Positions 1 through 8,954 of a stretch of 49,617 nt of DNA are shown in pieces; the first letter of the stretch is position 1, and every line of letters starts with the position of its first letter. Below the pieces are notes generated by a model that saw only the letters and a list, made by a program, of their open reading frames with translations, was not told where the DNA came from and did no database searches. The DNA comes from a bacterium (GTDB taxonomy: Bacteria > Sysuimicrobiota > Sysuimicrobiia > Sysuimicrobiales > Kaftiobacteriaceae): assembly GCA_035693805.1 (NCBI GenBank), contig DASSGA010000169.1, positions 1 to 49,617 of the forward strand, in the 5' to 3' direction. The position numbers and the translations under genes are program-made.

Positions 1-138
1 GAGGACTCGCCCGAGCGCCGGTGGTACGGTGGCCGGCGGTCTTGCGGAGAGCGCAAAGCCGAGCATCGTGTAGATGATGGCAGCGAGAAAAGCGGCGACG
101 ATTCCCGGCCGTCGGACGAGCAGATTGCTGCTGCTCAC
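1..138 (-). CDS. hypothetical membrane protein, N-terminal fragment running off the window
   Basis: GTG at 138-136 overlaps the thiolase stop (GTGA). The frame stays open to position 1. Translation VSSSNLLVRRPGIVAAFLAAIIYTMLGFAL has one hydrophobic helix. No family recognised. Confidence 0.25.
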   Translation of the reverse strand, partial: MSSSNLLVRRPGIVAAFLAAIIYTMLGFALSARPPATVPPALGRVL

Positions 139-1337
139 GCGTGTTCCACGACCATCGCGATCCCCTGCCCCACGCCGATGCACATCGTGGCCAGGCCGTA
201 GCGGCCCTGCCGGCGGCGCAGCTCGTGGACGAGACTGGTCAGGAGACGAGCTCCGGAGAACCCGATCGGGTGGCCCATCGCGATCGCCCCGCCGTTGGGG
301 TTGAGCTTCTCGAGCGGGATCCCGAGCTCGCGCACGCACGGGATGACCTGCGCGGCGAAGGCTTCATTCAGCTCGATGACGTCCATCTCCTCGATGCGCA
401 GACCTGTCCGCGCCAGCACCTTGCGCGTCGCGGGGATGGGGCCGAGGCCCATGTACGCGGGATCGACTCCGGCGACGGCGGAGGCGATGACCCGCGCCAT
501 CGGCCGGAGACCGAGCTCTTCCGCGGTCTCTGCGGCTGCGAGCAGCACCGCCGCCGCGCCATCGTTGATGCCCGAGGAGTTGCCGGCCGTCACCGTGCCG
601 TCCTTGCGGAACACCGGCCGGAGCTGGGCCAGCTTCTCCAGCGTCGTGTCCGGGCGCGGGTGCTCGTCCCGCTCCACGACGGCCGGATCATCCTTCGGCT
701 GTGGGATCACCACGGGGACGATCTCGTCCTTGAATCGCCCCTCGGCGATGGCCCGGGAGGCGCGCTGATGGCTCAGCAGGGCGTACTCGTCCTGCTCGTT
801 ACGCGTGACGCCGAATCGCTCGGCGACGTTCTCGGCGGTCTCGCCCATGCTATGGGGCGGATACATTTCGGCGAGGCGCGGATTGGTGAACCGCCACCCA
901 AGCGTCGTATCGTACAGGTGGATCTCGCCCCGCGCGTAGGCCGCGGCGGGCTTGGCCATGACGAACGGGGCGCGCGTCATCGATTCCACGCCGCCCGCGA
1001 TGACGATGTCGCCCTCGCCCACTTTGATCGCCTGGGCCGCGGACGCCGCCGCCTGCAGCCCGGAGCCGCACAGCCGGTTCACCGTCTGACCCGCCACCTC
1101 GGCGGGCAGTCCCGCGAGCAGCAGGGCCATGCGCGCCACGTTGCGGTTGTCTTCTCCGGCCTGGTTGGCGGCGCCGAAGATCACGTCCTCGATCTTACGC
1201 GGATCGATGCCGGTGCGGCGGATGAGCGCGCGGATGACGTGCGCGGCGAGATCATCCGGTCGCACGTCGCGGAGGATGCCGTTGTAGCGGCCGACCGGCG
1301 TGCGGACGGCGTCGATGATCACCGGCGTGCGCATCAT
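135..1337 (-). CDS. acetyl-CoA C-acetyltransferase / 3-ketoacyl-CoA thiolase
   Basis: Thiolase signatures NRLCGSGLQA (active-site Cys), NEAFAAQ, GGAIAMGHPIGFSGARL and MCIGVGQGIA. Start set at MMRTPVIIDAVRTPVG. An in-frame ATG at 1364 is an alternative. Confidence 0.9.
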   Translation of the reverse strand: MMRTPVIIDAVRTPVGRYNGILRDVRPDDLAAHVIRALIRRTGIDPRKIEDVIFGAANQAGEDNRNVARMALLLAGLPAEVAGQTVNRLCGSGLQAAASAAQAIKVGEGDIVIAGGVESMTRAPFVMAKPAAAYARGEIHLYDTTLGWRFTNPRLAEMYPPHSMGETAENVAERFGVTRNEQDEYALLSHQRASRAIAEGRFKDEIVPVVIPQPKDDPAVVERDEHPRPDTTLEKLAQLRPVFRKDGTVTAGNSSGINDGAAAVLLAAAETAEELGLRPMARVIASAVAGVDPAYMGLGPIPATRKVLARTGLRIEEMDVIELNEAFAAQVIPCVRELGIPLEKLNPNGGAIAMGHPIGFSGARLLTSLVHELRRRQGRYGLATMCIGVGQGIAMVVEHA

Positions 1338-1366
1338 GCCGGCGCGGGGATCCCCGGCGCGCATCC

Positions 1367-2143
1367 CTAGCGGCCTTCGTACTTCGGCTGGCGCTTCGCG
1401 AGGAACGCCGCCACGCCTTCACGGTGATCGGCGGTAGCGCCGGCCACGTCCTGCACCTGAGCCTCATACTCCAGCGCCTGCTCGAGGGTGGCGCCCAGCG
1501 CATACGTGATCGCCCGCTTCGTGAGGCCATAGGCTTTCGTCGGTCCCGCCGCCAGGCGACCGGCCAGCTCCATCGTCTTCGAGATGAGCTCGTCGTGCGG
1601 CACCACACGGTTCACCAGCCCGATGCGCAGCGCCTCGGACGCGTCGACCGGATCGGCCGTATACGTCATCTCGAACGCTTTGCCGAGCCCGACAAGGCGC
1701 GGCAGGAACCACGTGCTGCCGGAGTCCGGGACGAGCCCGATGCGCGAGAACAGCTCGATGAAGCTGGCCCGGTCACTGGCCACCCGGACGTCCGCGGCGA
1801 GCGCCAGGCTGCAGCCGGCGCCGGCGGCCACCCCGTTCACGGCAGCGAGCACGGGCTTCTCCATGGTGCGGATGGCGAGGATCACGGGATTGAAGGTCGC
1901 CTGGAGGTGCTCGCGGTAGGACGTGATCGCGCCCGCGCGGTCGCGTAGATCGGCTCCGGAACAGAAGCCGCGGCCGGCGCCGGTGAGGATCAGGCAGCGC
2001 ACGGCGGCGTCGCGCGCCCCCTGGCGGAGGGCATCCTGCAGTTCCTTGGCCAGCAGGTCGTTTACCGCGTTCAGGACGTCGGGACGGTTCAGGGTGATGG
2101 TCAACACGCCGTTCGCCTGCTCGAGGGCAATCGTATCAGGCAT
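1367..2143 (-). CDS. enoyl-CoA hydratase/isomerase family protein (PaaG-like)
   Basis: Crotonase fold: ITLNRPDVLNAV, LTGAGRGFCSGADL, AAVNGVAAGAGCSLALAAD. Sits 2 nt upstream of the thiolase ORF. Confidence 0.88.
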   Translation of the reverse strand: MPDTIALEQANGVLTITLNRPDVLNAVNDLLAKELQDALRQGARDAAVRCLILTGAGRGFCSGADLRDRAGAITSYREHLQATFNPVILAIRTMEKPVLAAVNGVAAGAGCSLALAADVRVASDRASFIELFSRIGLVPDSGSTWFLPRLVGLGKAFEMTYTADPVDASEALRIGLVNRVVPHDELISKTMELAGRLAAGPTKAYGLTKRAITYALGATLEQALEYEAQVQDVAGATADHREGVAAFLAKRQPKYEGR

Positions 2144-2146
2144 GGG

Positions 2147-2920
2147 TTACCGTCCTTTGAACGCCGGCTTCCGCTTCTCGAGGAAGGCCGTGATGCCTTC
2201 CGACCGATCTTCGGTGGCGAACAACAGATAGAAGCACTTGCGCTCGTAATCCAGCCCGCCCTCGAGGTGCGTGTCGAAGGCCTTGAGGACGGCCTCCTTG
2301 GCCAGGCGCACCGCCACAGCACCCTTGGCGGCGATCTCCGTTGCGAGGCGCTTCGCCTCATCGAGCACGGTCTCCGCGGGGACCACCCTGCTCACCAGGC
2401 CGCAGGCCTCCGCCTGCCGAGCGCTGATCGGCCGTCCGGTGAGGACCATTTCCATCGCCCGGGCCTTCCCGATCGCCCGCGTCAACCGCTGCGTGCCGCC
2501 CGCCCCCGGCATGATCCCGAGGTTGATCTCCGGCTGCCCGAACTGGGCGGTCTCCGCGGCGACGATCATGTCGCACAGCATCGCCAGTTCGCAGCCGCCC
2601 CCCAGCGCGAACCCGTTCACGGCGGCGATGAGCGGCGTCGTCACCTTGCGGATGCGCTCCCACTGCTGGAAGCGGTACCCGGCCAGCATCTCTGGCGCAC
2701 TCGCCCCGGCCATCTCTTTGATGTCCGCCCCCGCGGCGAAGGCCCGGCCCGCCCCGGTGAGCACGATGCACCGCACAGACCCCTCGCGCTCGAATCCTTC
2801 GAGCGCGGACACCAGTTCGTCCATCGTCGCCTGGTTCAGCGCGTTGAGCACGTCGGGCCGGTTCAAGGTGACGACCGCGATCCCGTCTTCCGTGCTGACC
2901 GTGATGTTCTGATATGCCAT
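2147..2920 (-). CDS. short-chain enoyl-CoA hydratase (crotonase)
   Basis: VTLNRPDVLNAL, LTGAGRAFAAGADIKEM, AAVNGFALGGGCELAMLCD. Start at MAYQNITV is preceded by GAGGAGGGGG. The longer ORF start at 2968 has no RBS. Confidence 0.9.
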   Translation of the reverse strand: MAYQNITVSTEDGIAVVTLNRPDVLNALNQATMDELVSALEGFEREGSVRCIVLTGAGRAFAAGADIKEMAGASAPEMLAGYRFQQWERIRKVTTPLIAAVNGFALGGGCELAMLCDMIVAAETAQFGQPEINLGIMPGAGGTQRLTRAIGKARAMEMVLTGRPISARQAEACGLVSRVVPAETVLDEAKRLATEIAAKGAVAVRLAKEAVLKAFDTHLEGGLDYERKCFYLLFATEDRSEGITAFLEKRKPAFKGR

Positions 2921-2940
2921 GGCCCCCTCCTCGCCTCGTG

Positions 2941-3891
2941 CTACAGCGGCCTCCCGCAGCGACCGCAATATGCAAAGCCCTCGGGGAGGTGCACCGCACC
3001 GCAGTGCGGGCAGGCTCGGACGGGCGCGCCCCAGGCGTGCTCGGTGCTCGTTCCCTCCGCGAGCGCGCGGCGGATCGCGGCGTAGTCCACGGCGCGTTTC
3101 TCGCGGAAGGCGTCCAGCCCTTCCTGCGTCTCCGGGGCGCCCGCGTGGAGCGTGAGCCAGTCCCGCGCGTGGCCGATGGTCAGATGCCAGCTCAAATCGC
3201 GCCAGAAGTTGATCTGCTGCTTCGTGTAGCGGGTCACTTCGGGCAGCTTGTCGGCGAGCGACCGGGCCAGGGCTTCCACGGCGGCGTCGAGCTCACGCCG
3301 GGGCACGATCCGGTTGACCAGCCCCCACGCGAGCGCCTGCGCCGCCGGGATCTCCTCACACAGGAACAGCATCTCGCGCGCCCGGCGGTCGCCGATGATG
3401 AGCGGCAGCCACTGCGTCGCCCCCGCGGCCGGGACGCTCCCCCGCGCGGGGCCGACCTGACGGATGACGATATCGTCCGCGGCCACGGCGAGGTCGCAGG
3501 CCATGTTGAACTCGTTCCCTCCGCCCACGACCATCCCGTTCAACCGCGCGATCGTCGGCTTGCCGATGTTGCGCAGCCGTTCCTGGGCCTCGATGAAGGC
3601 TCCCATCCACTTCCAGTAGTCGCGAGGCCGGCGGAGGAACTGCCCCTGCTCCTCAAGGTCGGCGCCGGTGCAGAAGGCGCGGTCTCCGGCGCCGGTGAGC
3701 ACCACGACCGCCACCGCATCATCCCACGAGGCATCCTCGAACGCCCGGCCCATCTCGTGGAGGGTCGCGAAGTTGAGAGCGTTGAGCACCTGCGCGCGGT
3801 TGATGGTGACCCGCGCCGTGGGAAGACGCTTCTCGTAGAGGATGTGCTGAAAACCGAAACTCTCGGCCGGTCGGGGGCGGGGCGCGTCCAT
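2941..3891 (-). CDS. crotonase-fold protein (MenB/BadI-like) with C-terminal CxxC-x12-CxxC zinc ribbon
   Basis: VTINRAQVLNAL, LTGAGDRAFCTGADL, ARLNGMVVGGGNEFNMACDL. The C-terminus is CPHCGAVHLPEGFAYCGRCGRPL. The start abuts the EthD stop (TAGATG). Confidence 0.8.
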   Translation of the reverse strand: MDAPRPRPAESFGFQHILYEKRLPTARVTINRAQVLNALNFATLHEMGRAFEDASWDDAVAVVVLTGAGDRAFCTGADLEEQGQFLRRPRDYWKWMGAFIEAQERLRNIGKPTIARLNGMVVGGGNEFNMACDLAVAADDIVIRQVGPARGSVPAAGATQWLPLIIGDRRAREMLFLCEEIPAAQALAWGLVNRIVPRRELDAAVEALARSLADKLPEVTRYTKQQINFWRDLSWHLTIGHARDWLTLHAGAPETQEGLDAFREKRAVDYAAIRRALAEGTSTEHAWGAPVRACPHCGAVHLPEGFAYCGRCGRPL

Positions 3892-4191
3892 CTAATCCGC
3901 CTGCGCGTAGACCATCGTCACCAGCCCCGCGGCGAACCGCTGCAGGTCCTCGCCCGCCGCCCGCCCTTCCGGCGAGCGCATCGCCGCGCGCAGGGCGTCC
4001 TGGTCGTCGAAGTACATCTCCCCGATGAGGTAGTACGGGGCCTCGCCTCCGGGTGCTCCGGTGATGCGCCAGGCTTCCACGCGCCGCAGCCCCGGCATCG
4101 TTCGGATCAGCGGCAGATGGGCCTCCGCGTAGTGACGGTCAAACGCGGCCGGATCCGGCGGACGGCGGTACAGCGCGACGAGTTTCACCAT
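3892..4191 (-). CDS. EthD-family protein
   Basis: 99 aa, MVKLVALYRRPPDPAAFDRHYAEAHLPLIRTMPGLRRVE, which matches the EthD/TIGR02118-type N-terminus as I recall it. GGAGG lies 9 nt upstream of the ATG. Confidence 0.7.
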   Translation of the reverse strand: MVKLVALYRRPPDPAAFDRHYAEAHLPLIRTMPGLRRVEAWRITGAPGGEAPYYLIGEMYFDDQDALRAAMRSPEGRAAGEDLQRFAAGLVTMVYAQAD

Positions 4192-4206
4192 GCGGGCAGC
4201 CTCCGC

Positions 4207-4761
4207 TCAGGGGGTGATCAGGACCTCGTAGCCGGCCCCCCGCAGATCTTCGGCGAGCCGCTGTGCGTTGTCGCGGTCCGCGAAGGCGCCGACCTGCACC
4301 TTGTACAGGCCGCCCGAGAGACTGATGTACGCCTCGAACCCCTTCTCTCGCAGCTCCGCCGCACGGGCTTCGGCATTCTCCCGGCGGAGAAACGCGCCGA
4401 CCTGCACACGATACAGGACGCCGGGGGGCTGCGGCGCAGCTACTGGAGCCGGTGCGGGTCCCGGCGCGGGCGTGGGCGGCGGCGCCGGAACGGGGGCGGG
4501 CGACGGACCGGGGGATGGCGCATGCTGCGGTTCCGGTGCAGGCCGGACCCCGGACTGAGGGATCGGCTGCGGACCGGGGAGCGGCGAGGATGGGGGCGAG
4601 GGCGGAGGACCGGCCTGCGGCGGTTCGGGCCGGATGGCCCGGGGAGCGGTCGTCGTCGGAGAAAGGAACGCCTGGCCCGCGACGTAACCGACAACGATCG
4701 CCACCAGGAAGAGGCCGAGGAAGACGAGACCGACGACGACGGGCCGCACCGGCATCGTCAT
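4207..4761 (-). CDS. SPOR-domain peptidoglycan-binding protein (TM anchor, Pro-rich linker)
   Basis: N-terminal TM VVVGLVFLGLFLVAIVVGYV, a P/A/S-rich linker, and a C-terminal SPOR repeat pair YRVQVGAF...AEARAAELREKGFEAY and YKVQVGAFADRDNAQRLAEDLRGAGYEV. ATGA overlap with the PilZ gene. Confidence 0.8.
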   Translation of the reverse strand: MTMPVRPVVVGLVFLGLFLVAIVVGYVAGQAFLSPTTTAPRAIRPEPPQAGPPPSPPSSPLPGPQPIPQSGVRPAPEPQHAPSPGPSPAPVPAPPPTPAPGPAPAPVAAPQPPGVLYRVQVGAFLRRENAEARAAELREKGFEAYISLSGGLYKVQVGAFADRDNAQRLAEDLRGAGYEVLITP

Positions 4762-5807
4762 CCTCCCAGCCGCTGCAGCCGTCCCAGATCCTCTGGGGTG
4801 AGGCCGGTGAAGTAGATCCCGTGGGCGACCGCGCCGGACGCCAGGATCTCGACACGCACCACCTCGGCCTCAGAGGTGAGCGGGCCATCCGCGAGCGAGA
4901 CCGTGATCCGCACGCGCTCCCAGTGCACGAGTTCCGAGGTGAGGATGACGCGCAGCCCTTCCAGGCTGACGTTCGCCGCTGACCCGGTGAGCTCTTCGCC
5001 CCCGCGCTCGATGCGCACGACGCGCACCGCCGAGTCCCGGAGCGGGATGCGCGGGCTGCGGCGGGAGGCGATGCTCACCGCGGGGGGATGCGCCACCTCC
5101 ACCCGGTTCTCCCGGATCCCCCGCACGGTGGTCTCGAAGACATACTTCGAGACGCGGCCCTGGTAGGAGATGGCGACGCGGTCTCCCGGGGAAAGCGGCA
5201 GCATCTCATGAAGGCGCGTCGGGACGCTGACGGCGATGGCCTCGGGCGCGATGGCCAGCACGGTGCTGGCAAAGATCCCGCGCCGGGGTCCGGACCGGCT
5301 CTCGACCTCGACGTTCTGGTTCACGGTGAGCGGCTCGACCAGGGTGTGCGGCGTTCCCGCGGCCGGTGCCGGGGCGGCGGGGGCGCGGGCTTCGGCGTCG
5401 AGCAGGCGCTCGCGGAAGGCGTACCGGCGGAACCGCTCGCACTCCAGGTGGTCGATGGTCTCGCAGTCGCTTACCGTCCGGGCTGGGACGTGGGGGCAGA
5501 GGTCGTCGATGGTACGGCAGTACCCTTGCTGCTCCATGAAGCGCACGAGCTCCGCTTCATCCTCGAACACCCAGGCCGGGACGCCGCCCTCGTCCGCGGG
5601 GGTCAGCAGGTCATGGCCGCGGCCGAAGTGGCGCATGATCCAGCGCAGCGAGACGTCCTCGTCGAGCGACTCGAGGTACCGCCGGATGTCCGCGTACGCG
5701 GCCCGCTCCATGCGGCGCATGCGCTCGATCGTCTGCCGGTGCGCCGACGCGCACACCGGGCAGGACTCCCGCTCGCGCCGCGCCGCATCACTCTCACCTT
5801 TGATCAT
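4758..5807 (-). CDS. PilZ-domain (c-di-GMP receptor-type) protein with Cys-rich N-terminal region
   Basis: The C-terminal PilZ motifs RRSPR (RxxxR) and NVSLEG (D/NxSxxG) lie 25 residues apart. The N-terminal 130 aa carry CPVC plus four more Cys. Confidence 0.7.
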   Translation of the reverse strand: MIKGESDAARRERESCPVCASAHRQTIERMRRMERAAYADIRRYLESLDEDVSLRWIMRHFGRGHDLLTPADEGGVPAWVFEDEAELVRFMEQQGYCRTIDDLCPHVPARTVSDCETIDHLECERFRRYAFRERLLDAEARAPAAPAPAAGTPHTLVEPLTVNQNVEVESRSGPRRGIFASTVLAIAPEAIAVSVPTRLHEMLPLSPGDRVAISYQGRVSKYVFETTVRGIRENRVEVAHPPAVSIASRRSPRIPLRDSAVRVVRIERGGEELTGSAANVSLEGLRVILTSELVHWERVRITVSLADGPLTSEAEVVRVEILASGAVAHGIYFTGLTPEDLGRLQRLGG

Positions 5808-6798
5808 CTCTCACCCTCTTAGGCCAGCCCACCGTGAAAACCTGCCCGCCCAACAAGATGAGCGCGCCGGCGCCGGCCACGAGATAGTAGGACAGCAGGC
5901 GATCGAGGAGCACGGCTCCCGCCACCGCAGCACCCGCGGCCGGGACCCGCAGGACCAGGGAGGCGACGCCAGCCATCGACAGCTCGGTGATCCCGATCCC
6001 GCCGGGGACCAACGCCACCACACCCACGAGGTTGGCGACGCTGACGGTCAGCATCCCACCCGCGAAACCGAGGGGCAGGCCCATCGCGGCGAACACCGAC
6101 GCCAGCCGGCCGGCCTCGCATAACGCCGCGACGACGGACAGCCCAAGCAGCGGCCAGAGGTTGGTCCGCGTGCGCCACAGTGAGAGGCTATCGGTGAACG
6201 CCTCCGTGACGCGCGCCGAGCCGCTCCGCAGCTCCTCCGACAGCGGCAACCGCCGGATCACCCGCGCCGCGAGAGCCCGCAGCATCCGCGGCGACGCGAG
6301 CCCCGCCGCCCCGGCGACGAGCAGGACTCCGGCAGCCGCCAGCACGGGATGCAACTGCGCACCGCGCGCCACCCGCACCACGAGCAGCGAGGCACCGAAG
6401 AGGACCACCAGCGCCGCGCCGTCGAGGAACCGCTCGATGAGCGCTGCAGCGGTCGATGGCGCCAGCGGCACGCCGAACCGCTGCTTCAGCAGCAGCGGTT
6501 TGGCCAGATCAACGGTGCGCCCCGGGCTGAAGCTCGCCCCGGCGACTCCGGCGAGGATGGCCGCGCCGGCCGAACGCAGATCCAGCCGGTGCCCGGTGAG
6601 CCGAATGACCATCCACCGCCAGCGCAGGGCTTTCACCAGCACGTTCGCCGTCAGGAAGAGCAGCGCCGCGCCGAGCCAGAGCGGATCCGTCTCGCGCAGC
6701 GACGCCCGCACACCAGCCAGATCAAGGCGGGCGAGCATGACGCCGAGCAACACGCCCCCGGCGAGAAGGAAGAGCCAGCGGATGGCGCGGGTCATCAC
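5794..6798 (-). CDS. flippase-like / lysyl-phosphatidylglycerol-synthase TM-region family membrane protein
   Basis: Polytopic. The N-terminus RAIRWLFLLAGGVLLGVMLARLDLAGVRASL...LVKALRWRWM is typical of the UPF0104/TIGR00374 family as I recall it. 14-nt overlap with the PilZ gene. Confidence 0.65.
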   Translation of the reverse strand: MMTRAIRWLFLLAGGVLLGVMLARLDLAGVRASLRETDPLWLGAALLFLTANVLVKALRWRWMVIRLTGHRLDLRSAGAAILAGVAGASFSPGRTVDLAKPLLLKQRFGVPLAPSTAAALIERFLDGAALVVLFGASLLVVRVARGAQLHPVLAAAGVLLVAGAAGLASPRMLRALAARVIRRLPLSEELRSGSARVTEAFTDSLSLWRTRTNLWPLLGLSVVAALCEAGRLASVFAAMGLPLGFAGGMLTVSVANLVGVVALVPGGIGITELSMAGVASLVLRVPAAGAAVAGAVLLDRLLSYYLVAGAGALILLGGQVFTVGWPKRVRDDQR

Positions 6799-6807
6799 CG
6801 GATGCGG

Positions 6808-7356
6808 TCAGGGGGCGTAGAAGGCGCGCACGGTAAGATCGGCGAGGACGCCGTTCTGCACGCCGGTCACGGCGAGCCTGTCCACCACGAGCGCCCGCGG
6901 CATCTGGTCCAGGGCACTGACGAACGCACGCAGCCGCAGGTAATCGCCGCTGACCTGGATCTGCAGCGGCACCGCCGCCATGCCGGCCGGAAGCGCGTCG
7001 TTGCCGGCCGCCACCGGGACCTGCGTGAAGGAGATCTGCCGGAGCTGCACGTTGCTCAACAGGAGCGCACGGCCGAGCGAATCCACGAACGCCGGCAGCG
7101 CGGGATCGCGCGGGAGCTTGGTCTCAAGCACCCGCGCCGCAGCAGCGACCCGGCGGTGACGCTCCTCGATCTGCGTGCGCTGGTCGACGAGCGAGACGAG
7201 ACGGGCCAGCTCGATCTGCTTGCGCTGCGCCTCCAGCCGGGAGAGCTGGACCTGCTGCAGCGCGGGAAGGATGACGAGCAACAAGACGGCGATGGCCGCG
7301 AAGGCCGTCGCGGCCACGCCGACTACGGTCCGCTCCCGGCGCTTCAAACCGGCCAT
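6808..7356 (-). CDS. pilO: type IV pilus assembly protein PilO
   Basis: Single TM, then a coiled coil, then a ferredoxin-like C-terminal region (VPLQIQVSGDYLRLRAFVSALDQMPRALVVDRL). Directly follows pilM-pilN. Start trimmed to MAGLKRRE. Confidence 0.75.
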   Translation of the reverse strand: MAGLKRRERTVVGVAATAFAAIAVLLLVILPALQQVQLSRLEAQRKQIELARLVSLVDQRTQIEERHRRVAAAARVLETKLPRDPALPAFVDSLGRALLLSNVQLRQISFTQVPVAAGNDALPAGMAAVPLQIQVSGDYLRLRAFVSALDQMPRALVVDRLAVTGVQNGVLADLTVRAFYAP

Positions 7357-7363
7357 GGTATCC

Positions 7364-7900
7364 TCACCGCAGCCTCGCCGCAAGCTGGAACTGCGTGACG
7401 AGACGATTCGCGGCGACGACCTGCTGGATCGACCGCATCTCCACGCCGCTGAGGACCCCGGATCGCGCCAGCGACGTCGCAAAGAGCGCTACCGCGGAGA
7501 GATCGGTCGTGCTCCCGGTCAGGGTGACCGTCCCACCTTCGACGACCACCGACTGCAGCCACGCGTTCGTCGGAATGAGCCGGCCGATATCGTCCATCAA
7601 GACGGAGAGCGTCCCGATGCGGCCGACGACCGCCTGGATCCGCTCCCTTCGCGCCTCGAGGTCCTCCGTCTCGGCCTGCAGCTGAGCGAGACGCACCGCC
7701 GCAGGCCGCAGGGGGACGAGGAGGCGTTCGGTCTCGCTCGCCTGGTGACGGGACTGCGCGGCCTGCTGGGCGAGCAGCACGTAGATGACCGCGATGGCGA
7801 TCCCCGTGACGACCGGCACGCCGAGGAGGACCCGCCGGCGTGCGGCGCGTTCGCGGCGCTGGAGGACGGCCTGCGGCAGCAGCGTCAGCTCGATCTTCAT
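7364..7900 (-). CDS. pilN: type IV pilus assembly protein PilN
   Basis: MKIELTLLPQAVLQRRERAARRR followed by a TM, the classic PilN N-terminus. Abuts the pilM stop. Confidence 0.82.
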   Translation of the reverse strand: MKIELTLLPQAVLQRRERAARRRVLLGVPVVTGIAIAVIYVLLAQQAAQSRHQASETERLLVPLRPAAVRLAQLQAETEDLEARRERIQAVVGRIGTLSVLMDDIGRLIPTNAWLQSVVVEGGTVTLTGSTTDLSAVALFATSLARSGVLSGVEMRSIQQVVAANRLVTQFQLAARLR

Positions 7901-8911
7901 CTAGGCGAACTCCCTCAAGGCGAGACCCACCGCCGTGACCAGCTGAGGGGCGATCCGGTCTACCGCGTCCGCGTCGAGGCGGCGACCCAGGAGGATGCCG
8001 TCCAGGGGGGAGCCCACGGCCACGGGGATCTCCATCTCGAGGGCGAGGTGCCGATCGACCGACCCCGCGCGCGCCCCGCCGCCGCAGAGCAGGATCCGGT
8101 CGATCTGATGCCCCCCGTATTGCGCGCGGTAGAAGTCGAACGAGCGGCGCAGCTGCGCGGTGAGCGCGTCCAGCACGTCGCCGAAGGCGGCGGCCGGCAC
8201 GGCGGCTTCCCCGCCCCCGGAGGCCACCCGTACGCCCTGCAGCAGCGTCCCAACGCCTTCCGCAATCGTCCGCGTGAACTGCGGCACGCCTCCGCGCACG
8301 ATTGCGACCTCCGTGGTCGACGCGCCCAGATTCACCATCGCCACCGTCCCCGGCATACCCCGCAGGCTGAGCGCACGGACCATCGCCAGCGCAGACAGTT
8401 CGACCGCCACCGCCTGCAGCCCCGCTCCCTCCAGCATCTCGATGCAGGTCAGGGCCGTCGCCTCCGGTGCAGCGGCCAGGAGCACCTCGAGCTGGCGCGA
8501 GCCGTCCTCGTTGACCTCGCCGACCACCTGCGCGTCGAGGACCGCTTCCTCCACCGGGAACGGCAGATGACGCTCCGCCTCCCAGCGGATCGCCTGCTTC
8601 ACCTCGTCCTCGGGGATCGGAGGCAGGCGGAGGATCCGCGCGAGCACGTTGGGACCCGTGACGGAGGCGACGGCCCGGCGGCGGCGGATCCCGGAGGTGC
8701 GCAGCAGCGAGGCGAGCGCGCCGGCGGTGGTCTGGCGATCGAGGATGATCCCGTTCGCCACCGCCCCGGAGGGCGTCGCGGCGATCCCATACCGGACGAG
8801 CTCGATCCCGCGTCCCGACCGGCGCACTTCGGCCACCTTGATCGCGCTCGTGCCGACGTCGACCCCGAGGGCGACCGCCCCGATCTGGAAGATATCTCCC
8901 AGTGAAGGCAT
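7901..8911 (-). CDS. pilM: type IV pilus assembly protein PilM (actin-like ATPase fold)
   Basis: LGVDVGTSAIKVAEV, VNLGASTTEVAIV and LLCGGGARAGSVD are actin/FtsA-like phosphate motifs. Gene order is pilMNO. Confidence 0.9.
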   Translation of the reverse strand: MPSLGDIFQIGAVALGVDVGTSAIKVAEVRRSGRGIELVRYGIAATPSGAVANGIILDRQTTAGALASLLRTSGIRRRRAVASVTGPNVLARILRLPPIPEDEVKQAIRWEAERHLPFPVEEAVLDAQVVGEVNEDGSRQLEVLLAAAPEATALTCIEMLEGAGLQAVAVELSALAMVRALSLRGMPGTVAMVNLGASTTEVAIVRGGVPQFTRTIAEGVGTLLQGVRVASGGGEAAVPAAAFGDVLDALTAQLRRSFDFYRAQYGGHQIDRILLCGGGARAGSVDRHLALEMEIPVAVGSPLDGILLGRRLDADAVDRIAPQLVTAVGLALREFA

Positions 8912-8954
8912 GATCGGTCTCTTCTATTCGAGTCCGCGCCCGAAAGTTCCCCGT

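Noticed and set aside
141-1370. Long ORFs antisense to, or out of frame with, recognisable genes. Examples: 141..1370 +, 2914..4815 +, 7175..8905 +, 14995..16341 +, 16300..18771 -, 24882..27269 +, 27500..30268 +, 29956..32349 +, 38577..41315 +, 42811..44994 +, 47078..48316 -.
   Set aside because: Their products are Arg/Pro/Gly/Ala-rich low-complexity strings with no motifs. Each overlaps a gene with clear family signatures and an RBS. This is the expected stop-codon-poor artefact of very GC-rich DNA.
4440-4640. Repetitive CCG/GGC-rich stretch that could be taken for a tandem repeat or array.
   Set aside because: It is the Pro/Ala/Ser-rich linker of the SPOR protein. The frame is open and flanked by a TM segment and a SPOR domain. 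It has no fixed repeat unit and no spacer structure.
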